Translations under genes and position numbers: made by a program
The notes under the pieces: generated by a model
Seen by the model: only the letters and a program-made list of their open reading frames with translations
Told to the model about the DNA's origin: nothing
Database searches by the model: none
Shown: piece by piece, positions 1-12,300 of the stretch
Position numbering within the stretch: position 1 is the stretch's first letter
How the letters are laid out: the number at the start of each line of letters is the position of its first letter
Source of the DNA: Gnetum montanum
Taxonomy: Eukaryota > Plantae > Gnetophyta
DNA length: 64,000 bases
NCBI GenBank assembly: GCA_015680685.1
Contig: MNCI01002686.1
Span: 1 to 64,000, forward strand
Reading direction: 5' to 3'

Positions 1-1067
1 TTTTTGCTTCCTTTATAAGTGTCCTTGGAAATAATTTCAACTTTTTCCATTTGTTCTCAATATTCTGCAAGGCACATGCATCTTGGAAGGCCTGAAGATG
101 ATTTTGCGGATCAACATCATATCCTCCCTCGAACCAAGAGATGTTGTTCATATCCAGCCTATTTATTCTATTTTCCTTCACATGCCTTGTTGGAATCCTC
201 GTAGCCTCTACAATATTCAACATACCCTGAGTAGCAAGTAGAGGTTCATCAAGGTCATGATGGTGGTGCCTACAATGTTCTCTAGTAGCCCTCTTTTCTT
301 GATGATGGGCCTCTTTGGATTTCCCACATCTTCGGTCCTGACTATCTCGATGATCCCTTCTATTGTTCTAGTCTTTTCAATCACCTCTATCATGGTTATT
401 TCTTTTACAGCCATGATCTGAACCAGATGAAAAAGAAGATGATGACGATGAAGGGGAAGAAGAAGGAGAACTTACTTCATGCTGACGCCTATCACCCTTC
501 CTTAGATGCTTGTGACCATGATCACGATCATGATCTCCATTATCCCCCTTTTCTTAACTTGCTTCTCTAGATCCATTTTTGTCATTGGATCCATTTTGAC
601 CAAAACCTAGATTATGGATTGTGGATTGTACATTTTGATTGAGGGCTCCTTGAACAAAGTTAAAGAGAGGAAAATCACTAAAGAATTGGTCATCTTCATC
701 AATTAGGCCAAGCGAAGGTGGAAAAATATTTAACCCCTTTCCCTTCATAAGCTTGTGTTGGTGCTCCAGCTGATGATCCCTTAATTTTTGTGCTTCAATG
801 GGATGATAATCCATTGAGTCAAGATCTTGCATCTCGTATTCTCCATGGAGATGTTGAAGCTCATGTCGTGTGAGCATTAGCTGAAGCATTGCTGGAATAG
901 ATCGATCAGGTGGCAATATAATGTTGCCTTCCATATTGTGCCACCACATCAGTTCATTTGGATGCAAGATGAAGGTAAAGTCTCATTGGGATGAGCACAT
1001 ACCACCTGGTATTATTGAGGCACCTAAACTACCCTAGGCGGAGATGGGTTGCTATGAGAGAAGACAT
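1..1067 (-). pseudogene. Decayed gag (N-terminal extension and start of gag core)
   Basis: ATGTCTTCT start at 1067; ...EGNIILPPDRSIPAMLQL...KGKG... shared with the other copies; contains stops and frameshifts. Confidence 0.8.
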
Positions 1068-1210
1068 TTTGTGTTAATAAACTTGTAAACAGTGTGCAGT
1101 TAAGGCTTAATTTAATGATAATAATTTTTTTTGTAGGATTTGACTCTTCGGGTTCAAACAACAAGGTTACTAAGTTTCACTAGGTTTAGATAACACATGA
1201 AGAACTACAG

Positions 1211-1228
1211 TCCTTGGTAATGATGCCA
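1211..1228 (-). promoter_or_regulatory. Primer-binding site (tRNA-Asp type, degenerate)
   Basis: TGGCATCATTACCAAGGA one base after the LTR; a deaminated version of the Athila PBS TGGCGCCGTTGCCGGGGA. Confidence 0.8.
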
Positions 1229-1229
1229 A

Positions 1230-2120
1230 TGATGAGCAGCAAGATACCCCTCCGCCCAACCATACAAATCACAAGCATTCACGTGCGATCTAGTTGAATT
1301 TTGCAGACTATAATTACTAAGTACACTATAGCTAAATAGTGTGTGCATGTTGTTTGTTCGTTGTCTTCCCAATCCCACTTGTGAAATGCAATTGTATGGT
1401 TAAGTGTGACTGAGGCATAAGATTTTTATTATTTTGTGTTTTTATGGAATTCCTCACCTAGAACAAGAATAAAAGTAAGAGTGATTAAAATTAAGAGTGA
1501 TTAATTGCTAATTAAACTATAGTCTAATCTAGCCTAACATAAGTAACCGTTTCCACTTTCTGAACACATCTTGAACTTTGTGCAAACACTATTGGACTAT
1601 CAAATGCTAGTCATTTCTGAGCTACCAAGGGTCACACGTATGCTCGAAGGGGTCGTGCTTATGTATTTTAATGATTTTCTTGATTGATCAAAATTAATTA
1701 CTATATCAATAACATTAATGTAAATTTCCTAAAATCACAATATGTAAATACATAAGAAAGAAATTCTCAAGTGCTAAAAGGAATGGATCAAAGAGTTTGT
1801 CTTTATTGCCAACACACTAGTGTGCTCAAGTACATCAATGCTTGAATAAAGATTCGTTCACACTTAGACCTCCTGCTACAGGCACTTGGAAAATATTCTA
1901 ACTTTCAAATGGATAAACTGCAAGAGTTTCACTACTTGACTGCCAAAAACTTCTCTCAATTATGCACCTAGACGTTGTATTTATAGCCCCAAGAGTAAGC
2001 CTACGATATCGAATGAATGATATCGCATCTTGGGCTGCGATATCGCGTACTTGATATCTTGTACCTAATATCACATCCACCCTGATATCGAAGCATTGAA
2101 AAAAAAAACATAATTTATCA
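1230..2120 (-). repeat. 5' LTR of Athila-like element
   Basis: TG...CA termini, GATATC palindrome cluster, TATA box (TATAAATA on minus near 1978-1985), colinear with LTR 54578-55417. Confidence 0.88.
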
Positions 2121-3576
2121 ATTAGGCTACCAGAATGCCACCACTCATGATTACTCTTTTTAGCCTTAGTAGAGACCATAACCTAACCACGAGGGCACCA
2201 TGACCTATGGTCTATTACCATGAGAAGACCACAAGAAAACCATGACTCATAGCTAAGAAAAATTCCAAGATTTTTTCAATTTCAAAATCTAGATTCCATG
2301 ACCAGTCTTCATGCATTTTAAAGCCTTCCACTACACCAAATCTAATACCTAGGACTATGGAGGAAAAGATGAGAGCCCTACTAGAAGCATTAAAAATCAA
2401 AAGTGCATCAATAGTAGTAGAATATTAGCCATAGGAACCACCAAGGCATGAGGAGCCACCACCACTAGGCACTACATAGGGCTTATGCCTTGGTCTATTT
2501 CTTGTAAATTCTACACAATTTTTGTAAGGAAAAATGTCCCACTTTTTTGGGTTATTTGTCAAATGATCAATCACTAGAATGAGTTTTGTAATGTGGCACT
2601 CGAGTTAATTAATTAGTTGTTCAAATGAGTTCTTCCACATTTTGTAAATAAACTCCATCCCAATTTTGTTTAACTAGAGGACAAGTTTTCTATCAGTCAT
2701 GAAGGTATGATGAATAGTGCATCAAGTGATTTGCGTCAATGCTACAACGTCGACACATCAACATTTACATAGGATCTACTATGTCAATGCATCAGTGTTG
2801 ATGCAATGCTAATAAATAGCTACATAAATGCACCACCAACCATATTTATGGCATCATTCGATTATAATTATATTGAAACCTTGTCAGTTTTTTTTCCTAG
2901 TAATTAGAACAATTAAATGAGTGTTGCAGTGCGAAGTTAAATTGGTTGATGGAATCTTATTCAAGTGATCATATACCTAGACACATTTTCATGGTAGTAA
3001 TGAGATCAAGATTGTCTTACCTTCATTGCAACATTCTAACTTAGTTTAATATTTCTTTAATTGCAATTTAATTTCCTTGTTCACTTATTTTCCATACAAT
3101 TAGTTAATTATTTATGTTACATGCACATCAAATACACATAATAAGTATGATCGACTTTGATTGTAAATATATTAATGTTTGGTAATTCTAGTAGTGTGCC
3201 ACTTGGTATGCCCAACAGTAGACACTATAACCTAACAATATTAGTGTGAGTTCAAGATGTGTATAGCAATTTGGGAATGGATGCTCATCGCATAGGCTAG
3301 ATTAAATTTACTTTTTGCACTTAAATTAATTTAGACTAAATTTTAATACTTCATAATATTTTAGTTATAGCCCCACAACATCATCCATCATACTTCTCAA
3401 TTATACTTAATCATACACATTAAGGGCCACCTGAACATAGTTGGGAATATAATGACTTGTGATCACATTTAACTAATTAGATACCACACTAGTCGAGTCC
3501 ACAAATTACAATCTAGTCAATTGCATATGATCATGATTTGTATGAGTGGATGTTAGGACTACTCTACCACTCATCA
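2121..3576 (+). mobile_element. Old Athila-like 3' remnant: 3' internal region, PPT-like tract and 3' LTR (2708-3576)
   Basis: GAGGACAAGTTTT...GGTA|TGATGAA junction matches 63788-63825; LTR ends ...CCACTCATCA like the other copies. Confidence 0.7.
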
Positions 3577-3959
3577 TTAACAAATGTTGATAATCAAGTA
3601 GTCCCTATCATGGATAATGGTTGGGCATTCTCTCATCGACAATGGTTATCTTTGCCATGTAAGAAAGGCAACATAAGACAACATAAGATCTGTAACAATT
3701 GTAATGTGAAGTTCCTTATGTGCAAAGGCCTTGACATAGATATGAGTGATTGCAAGCAAGTTTATGTTATTTAATGCCAAACATATATGTGTCATTATCT
3801 TCCTTTCAAATTCCAAGTTGATTAAACATCTCTTTTTACTATTTTATACGCTCTTGTTATGAAAAGAAACTACATGGCTAGAGCCCTAGTAATGGTTGGT
3901 GCATTTCTATGCTCTTGTTATGACTAGCCTTAAGCTATGTTGTTGCATAAATGACTTTA

Positions 3960-5119
3960 TGTTGGAAAACTATTGCCAACATGAGACACCCTTGTGATTG
4001 TAACTACCCTACATCCCACCAAACAACACAGCCACATGATAGCCAACAACCTTGTCTACCAAGGTGAATTATTAGAAAGTAACCACATGTATAAATTCAA
4101 ATAAAGAAAATAGAATTGATTGCCTCAACTTTTTCCTTGGTATGGTAGGCACTCGAGACTTCCTTCTAGTTTCTTTCTTCATCATCACTTTCGATGTGTG
4201 GTTATCTTCCTTCTATTGTAGTGATATGATTTCAGCCCAATAGTGGTATAAGAACTAAGGTTCAAGCAAATCAATGCTATGCTATGATGCTCCAAAATGT
4301 TTTGTATAGCACCGATTCACTATATCATACAACCGTTTACTCTAACTTCTCCAATGAGATATGATGCTATTACAAGTGGTTTTGTTTGTGAAAAATCAAC
4401 TAGTTTGCAATGGTAGAGTTTTGGGTTTGGATGCTGCCTTTGCCTCTTACAACACTAATAGACCATAAAAATATAGGGCAACCTAAAATAAGGAATGATG
4501 TACATGTAGTTCATGGTTGGTGTTCCACTCTACAAGATGAGAAGATGGGAATTAAGAAGGATTAAAGGGAGTCTTTGAGACCATGTTTTCAAAACTCCTT
4601 TGTTATCCAAGACTTGGAAGAGAAATGTAACTAGCCTTCCAATGTCTTAAAGAAAATGGAAAATGCTTATAAATGATATGTGACATGAAATTGAATGATT
4701 GCACACATCAAGGGAACAATGTATGGGTAGAGGGGGTGAATCTTTCTTTGATTTCTCATGTTGACATTAAGGGGGTGATTGTTGGGAAATTGTCCATGCC
4801 AACATAATACACCGATGTGTTTGCAACTCCCATGTATCCCACCAAATAGCATAACCACATGATATCCAACCACCTTGTCTACCAAGGTGAATGATTAGGA
4901 AGAAACCACGTGTAAATTTAGATGAAGGAAATGAATGATTAGGAAGAAACCACGTGTAAATTTAGATGAAGGAAATGGAAATGAATGCCAGAGCATTTGT
5001 CTTAGTCTGGTAAAGACTCGGAGCTTCCTTTCAATTTCTCCTTTCATCTTGGCCTTCAATTTGTGGTTATCTTTCTTCCATTGCAGTGAAATGATCTGCA
5101 TATGATTTCGGCCCCAACA
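3960..5119 (+). mobile_element. TRIM-like miniature non-autonomous LTR retrotransposon
   Basis: Direct repeats 3960-4242 and 4780-5119 (TGTTGG...CCAAYA). PBS TGGTATAAGAAC (tRNA-iMet-like) at 4244-4255; PPT AAGGGGGTGAT before the 3' LTR; TSD CTTTA/CTTAA; about 540 bp of non-coding interior. Confidence 0.8.
4889..4976 (+). repeat. Perfect 44-bp tandem duplication inside the TRIM 3' LTR
   Basis: GAATGATTAGGAAGAAACCACGTGTAAATTTAGATGAAGGAAAT x2. Confidence 0.9.
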
Positions 5120-6000
5120 CTTAACCTTGCAAGCATCGATACCATTGGATATAAAACTGAGGAACTTCAATTTTTACCAAGTTTATGAGAATGACCATAA
5201 AAATAACAAAATTAAAGCTTGTCTATTTTGAGTTGGCATAGCTTCTTAATTCCTACCATATCTACTATTTCTTGTATTTTACTATCAAAGATTGATTTCA
5301 GTATCCTAAATTCCCAGTCTTGAAATTTTGCAAATTTTAGTGTTTTTAATACTGTCCGAGTGAGTTAAGCTTTATTTGTCAAGAATTGATTCTCCAAAAT
5401 AGAAACCTGAATCCGCATCTCCATCTGCAATTGCGAAGTATAATACAAATTTCACCCTGAATTTAAAAATGGTTCAAGCTAACTTCAAATCTGCTTTACT
5501 GATCATTCTGCCATGTATATTAGTTTACAAAATGTCAGAAACTATAGTAATTTGAGTATTTTAACATTACCAGGTATTCAGTGGAAATGGAAACATAAAA
5601 TATTGTAAACTTTAATCAAGCCAGCTGATGGCATCAAATAAAAGCTGCCAAAGAAACGTAATATCCATTCAGACGCCAAAGCACTGGTATGACTTCTCTC
5701 GAAGATATCATATATCGAAAAGGAAAAAAATACAAGCTGTTAAATAAATTTTCTTTTATCTTCTTTGAAAATATCTGGCACATATGTGATAAAAGGAACT
5801 CATTTAATATAAATATGTTGCAATATCAAATGTACAAAGCAATAGCAGTGATATGCTAACAAATTCCCAAGGCATCTCGTAGAAATTTATTATCACAATC
5901 CTGATTATAGTGAATGAAGAAAGACACAAAAATTGGAATGCAAAATATCTCAAAAATTTATTGGTATTTGACATCAGTTAATTGAAATGAACAAATATTC

Positions 6001-6303
6001 TCAATCCTCTAAATATAACCTAGCCAGCTTTATTGAAGAAAATGGCAATTGCAGCATCCATGACTTTTTCCTTCGGTTTAGAGATTTGCCTTTGCCTTTG
6101 TTGACTTGCACATTGGCAACCTTCCACGTGCAATATTGCTGTTCGTAATCAATATTATAGCAACTGAAAATCCCTTCTTGATGCTTTACTTCTGAAGTAG
6201 ACTCTGAATTATCTTCCACAAATCTAACGTACATGGGTAAGTGTTTAAAGCGTTCCAAATCATCAGGCACTCTAAGAACCCTTTCAGCACCTGGAGATGA
6301 CAC
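6001..6303 (-). CDS. RimP: RimP-like gene exon 5 (VSSPGAER...RLYLED*)
   Basis: GGCAG acceptor, TGA at 6001-6003; EVSSPG is the RimP hallmark. Confidence 0.93.
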   Translation of the reverse strand: MSSPGAERVLRVPDDLERFKHLPMYVRFVEDNSESTSEVKHQEGIFSCYNIDYEQQYCTWKVANVQVNKGKGKSLNRRKKSWMLQLPFSSIKLARLYLED

Positions 6304-9300
6304 CTGCCAGCAACAAAATAAAACACCCACAAAGAATCATGCATAATTCCACCGTTCATTATATAAAGAGAGGGCATATTGAGTAAGATCTCTTGCTAAT
6401 AAAGTGGCCGTACAATATGGTTTGTCAATGATTTAAGTTACAAGTTGAGCTACTTCGATGGCACCTTTACACCTATGTTCAAAATCAATTAGCTCTATGC
6501 ACAGGGATAATGTAGTTAACGGCTATTCCTTCAGCTCCTTTCCACAAAAATAAGATCTCACCATCATAAAAGGTTGGTCAATTTTTATATGCGAGTCAAT
6601 TTTTCTATGCAGCTACCAAGTCAAAATATATCTGAAACCTCAAGGGGTATTAGTCTACCCTGGAGAATGAAATCAGTGTGCTTGTCAGAGTGTACGTGAC
6701 TTTGAAAGAACACTTTTTGGAACTTATAAATCACACAGAAAACCATAGCAAAATGTTTTAAAATTTTAGCCTCTACCGAATCATATTTAATGTTTATGGC
6801 CCCAACTCTCAAGTTAATTTTACAGATAAATCCATTGACAGATGTAAACAGAAGATCATAAATAAAGTAAAGATAACAGAACTGTTTTAACTGAAACCAT
6901 TTTTATAAATAAATTACAGAATGAAGAAAATGCAAAGACAGTGCGAGAAACATTATACTTATATAACAAGACAACAATCCTATTAAGTGTAAAAAAAAAA
7001 AACAATGATTAAATTAACACTTGAAACATCATAGTTTCTTATTTCTAAAAATGTAAGAAAAAGAAATAGTGATTCTATTACCAATAAAACAAAGAGACTT
7101 GTAACATATACCTCAATTGCCAAATTTTCTGGTACTTCTCCATTGATTCCGGCTTCTTCTAAACATTTCGCATAATCATAATTGAAGGATTCCATTTCAT
7201 TCAATGTTGGACAGCCATACCTGTCAGAGATACAGTAAAAAAGGGTAAAGGGAAAGAACTAGTGGCTTTCAGAATTTGATTTAAACTTTCATTTTTCTTG
7301 GGAAAAATCAGAAGATCATGAAGAAAGAAAATTTTGGTTGCAAATTCATTTCCTCTCGTTCACCAGTGCATTGTCATTTGTTTAAACACTTTTTCAACTA
7401 TAGGGAAAACAAATACCCATGTAGCACCCATTTTGTCAGAAACCTTGCTTTATTGCGAGTGAGCAGAATAGCCTATCAGATGATACTTTCTCTAGTCATG
7501 GAAGGCATTGATACGTTAACAGCTTCAAAATCTTCCATGGTGAACAACGCTATTAAGAAAATTTTTTTGAAGCAGTGTTTTAGTAGTTGGATTTGATTCA
7601 GGAGTCAACACCCTTGAAAATTAGCTGTGGTCAGTTAGTTGGCAAAAAGTTGGAAAAGAGCCACAGGTAATAAAAATATTTTAAAAATATGTTTTTACGT
7701 GGGTTAAACTTATATGATTACTAACAGACAATACTAATCTTTATATCGTAAAACAAAAGCAACAAGCCAACCAAAATATGCACAAAATATGTATTGATGC
7801 TCAATTGCATGTGAAGAAACATCAGTAAACACGTACAACAATTGGAAATGTGAAGACGTAGGATTTAGACAAATATTAGATTGCTAAATACCATTTTTAA
7901 AGTTGAAAATGCTAGTTTGTTTCTTTACTTTTATTGGACTGCTGATTTTATTGGCCCAACAAAATGTAAATTTGCATTCATTGTCGGGTACAATTGATTA
8001 TAGGGAGGTATGTTGTGCTATGTTGCATATCGTCAACAACTTTTCAATTTGTCAAATATCAAAGTACCTTACCTACCTCAAAGGAATGTTAACTGAAAAA
8101 AGAGGTATACAGAAATAAAATATTAGAGTGCTTATGTTATCCTAAAACATTGATTATGAAGTTATTAACAGCAAGAAAACATCATAACAGCACCGATTCA
8201 TCTTTTATTAACGGTAGCAGAGAATTCCCAAGAAAACATCTAGCAAAAAAGATAGTTTTGAAGAGAAAAATGGCATTATAGACATTCCATCAGTGGTTTT
8301 AGGGCACAGGTTTCCATAGACAGCGCTTTGTAAATACTGCTGCAAAAAAAAGTTCAGTTTCCATGTGTGTTTTTTTCTTATATTTTCATCTTTCACACTG
8401 CTTAATTACTTTTAGCAGATCAAGGTCTTCTATTCAGATTTACAATTAAAAACAAAATGCAAAAAACATTTTTGTGCTTCAAAATTATTTTTTGCACTGT
8501 GGAATTGAAAATATTGGGATTGAAAATCAATTATAATTGGTGCCGAGAACTTATATTATGTTTTTTATTTTTCCTGTTTCCTTATAAATCCATAAATCCA
8601 TAATTTCTCATTTTTCACTACATATCAATCTAAACCAATAATTCCTCCTGCTTTTTCACTGCATGGTTAAACCATTTTCACACCAAGTGCAGTCTTTTCC
8701 CTTTCTTAGACTAAAATATCTGTTTGCCTATCGATGGAAGCAAAACCCCTTGCCTAATTGTTCTGTGTAAGTATTGTTGGGAATTTACCTTCAAGCTAGC
8801 TAAAATGCAGAGAATTAAAATTAAATTTGTTGTGTCCATTACAAGGTGCACTAGGCCTTAAATTTGTTGTCTGGAAAATGTTGAATACTTAGGTGATATA
8901 AATTCATTCATGCTTCACTAATTTCTATCTACTGAAAGCTGTATGACAGCAATAATTGAGTAGGAAAGCATTTATTGTTAACAGCTGTGTAATAGTTGTG
9001 ATTAAATGAGCATTTATGTGATAATGTGTAATCATTTAAGTAATTACTAATTAGTGCATCCCTCTTCTAATATAAATACGGGTGTAGGTTGGAAGGAGAA
9101 TTCATTCAGCCTACCACCCTTGTTGTATTCTCTCCTTTCTTTGCTTCTATTCTCTTCACTCTCCATTTTGAACTTGATATCACCGTGACAACTACAATCA
9201 TAAGCATGGGTGTGTATTTTGATGCAGTAACCGCAGCTAGTGCAGTAGGGTGTCCGATACAATAGCGCATATGTGTGTATTCAGCAGTGCACCTCCACTC

Positions 9301-12300
9301 CATATTAGGATAATAATTCATCCTTTATCTTCTTATTTTTGTGCAATCATGGTATCTACATTCATGATGTTTTGTGATTACTTGTGCTCACTTTGATTTG
9401 TAACTGTATTTTTCTGTCAATATAACCCCAACCTTTCATCAAAAAAATATTTAAAAAATGAATTCAAAGGCATCAGTCAAAAACCTACATGTCAAGCAAC
9501 CAAGATATAGAAAAAAAAAACTGAGAATCTCTTCATCCAAATGGGTGAGTTAATTGAGCATTTCTTTGCAATAATGTATGTTTCTATAAGAAACCTTTAT
9601 AAGAATAATCATAGATTTTCTCAAGGCAAAAAATAGATAGAGCTGTTCAAGTCCTTTGCAATAATCCTAAGTTAAAGAATTTCATGATCACTTTGCTTCC
9701 AACCAAAGATGTTAATGCACTTGTGGTTGATGAATTGATGGCTCCTTTAAGAGCTTTAGAACACCTCACGATGCAAGAACCAAATTAGGATCAGGCTCTC
9801 TTTGCAAGAAAATTGGAGAATAAGGGAAGGCAAGTTTGAAAGAGGAAGTAGAAGAAATAATTTAGAAAGAGTCAGGAAAAATCAATAAACCTCCCAATTT
9901 CAAAACCAAAGTGGGCAGAATTTTAGAGTCTTTTTGAGAGAAAGAAGAAATCAAAGAAGACATAAAGGCAATTAGTTAAAAGGTAGAGGTAACTACAATC
10001 AAGGAAATCAAATATTCCAAATTGGAAGAAACCAGGTCATGCAGAAGATAAGTGTTGATAGAAAGTTGGCTTTCCTACCATTGTAACTCACAAGGTTCCT
10101 TAAAATGAAATACGGAAGTGGAAGCATCATATTAAGCTCCAACTAATGACAAAGGAAAGCACATTGAAGGATGGACAGCAAATTTTCTCATCCCTGCTAA
10201 CATTAAGGATTCTTGATTCATCCACATAGATTGTGATCAGTGGTTGTTCTAATCATGACACCAAATAAAAACATGTGTTAACTTCATTCAGGATTGCAAA
10301 CCTTGCCTCAATAAAAATTGGAGCCTTTGCCAAAATAAAACAAACTGCTAATGTCAAAATTGCACTCCCAAATGAACACTGGATAACGGTAAGTAATGTC
10401 TCTTATGTCCCACATCTTTCTGATTCATTGTTATCAGTTTAACAATAGGTTTTTAAAGGCATTATAGTTTTACTTGATTCAAATGGATGAACCATGAAGA
10501 ATGCTCAAAGTTTTGTAATTACTTTGCACAAGATGGCAAACCATGTTTATGCATTGATAGCTATTAATAAAAGAAACAAATTTCCATGTCTTCTGTAATC
10601 CAGAATCTATCTATTTTATTATCATTATTAACGTTTTTCAAGATGCACATGGAGTTATCTCTTGAACTCCAAATATTAGGCCTACACAACATTAATATTC
10701 TTCAAAGCAAATGTTGAATATTAGATGGGGATCGATTAAAGCCATAAGATCATATATAGGAGCTGAGTTTGAGATGAATACGGTATTATGAAACAAACCA
10801 ATTATGGTTATTCCTTACAATCAAATGACATTATCAAAGAGATGGCAAAGTCTCTTCTCACTCAATCCACTTTGCCAAACACATATTTAAGGAGATGTTC
10901 TTAACAGCCACACACTTATTGAATAGAGTTGTGAATTCTACAAATCAAGGTAAGATCCGATGTGAAATGATCTAAGGCACCCAATCACTGTCGCTTGAAA
11001 AGCTTTGAATGTATTTATAAAGTACATGTTCTAAATCAGCGGGTTTTAAAACTATACGCAGTGAGTAAAAAATGTAAATTTGTTGGCTATGTTTTAATGC
11101 GTCTGGTTGTAAGTGTTTTGATCCCATCAATGGGAAATATGCTGTTTCAAGAGATGTAAAATAGGATGAAAGCAATTTGGCCTGGGTCACTTTAGCACTG
11201 ATGAACATGATAAACCACTCACAATTTCTCAATCAAATGCTTCTCAAGGTTGGAAAAGATCATCCTCCCTCACAAATAATTGACATGAAATTTTGAAGAG
11301 TACCCACAAGAAGTAAGATGACGACAAAGCTTTAACACAAGAACATGAGAAAAACAAGATAATCGATGAAAAGTAAGAGCAAAAACCACCTGTAATTCCA
11401 AAATATTATCCCCTCATATTCAGTTAGTTTTTCATAGTCAAAAAACTGTTGACCACATTAACCTGATGTTGTCCTTAGGATGTAAGTAGCAATAACACAT
11501 TTTTAACTAATACCTGGCATGCATGGATGAATATAACATGTCATATGCAGGGTATCATATGACTGTGATACAACTTAGAATGCCAGAAGTTGTATTGCAT
11601 TATTTTTCTATTTAATTAATATGCATGGTCCAAGATTTTAAAACCAACAAACACAGTAATATGCCCATTGAACATGTCATAACATGACATATGTACATTT
11701 AGTGCACACTTGAACACAGTAAGTACATGGACAAGGATACATTAACGTGTATACATCAATGCAGCAATAACGAAAAGAAACCTATAACATATTCTGAATT
11801 CTGAATTCATCAAGCAAAATACTAGGCACAAGAGACCGTGAACATTCACATTGTAACCCTAAAATTGACTAAAGTTAAGTACGGTGGTGCTTGTTTCTCT
11901 TCTTTCCCTATAAGCACCACAAGCAATAATTTTGTCAGATGAATGACAAAGCATCAATTCGGTTAACCCAAAAGTGCCGCAATGGCAAACAACGATGAAG
12001 TTCAACTCCAAACAACTATGGTGACAAAGTTCAGCCACTAAGTAAAACCCATTGCATTAAAAATTGACAATATCTGATAACAATGATCATATCATGAAAT
12101 CAAGGAATTCTCAAAAGGCAAGTCTATAATAAGAAGCCTCTATTGCATGAAGAAACTCTCATTCTCTTAAACAGCTCTTAAACATTCTCTACTTTGCTTT
12201 TCTTCCTACTGATATAGCCCCTATACTAAACTCTTGCTCATTCATTTCTCCATACTACTCCAGTCTAAAGTTTGTATTTACTTCAAACGTAAGATTATTC

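Larger units (their letters stand above)
1..2120 (-). mobile_element. Athila-like Ty3/gypsy LTR retrotransposon, 5' part (5' LTR, PBS, decayed gag); runs off the left edge of the window
   Basis: Reverse-complement homologue of 54578-56650. LTR 1230-2120 starts TGATAA and ends CATCA on the minus strand, followed by a tRNA-Asp-type PBS and gag-like ORF remnants (ORF 554..967). Confidence 0.9.

Noticed and set aside
9181-9197. 17-nt identity (CACCGTGACAACTACAA) with the Athila solo LTR near 16098
   Set aside because: No flanking homology; one match of this length is plausible by chance in 64 kb.
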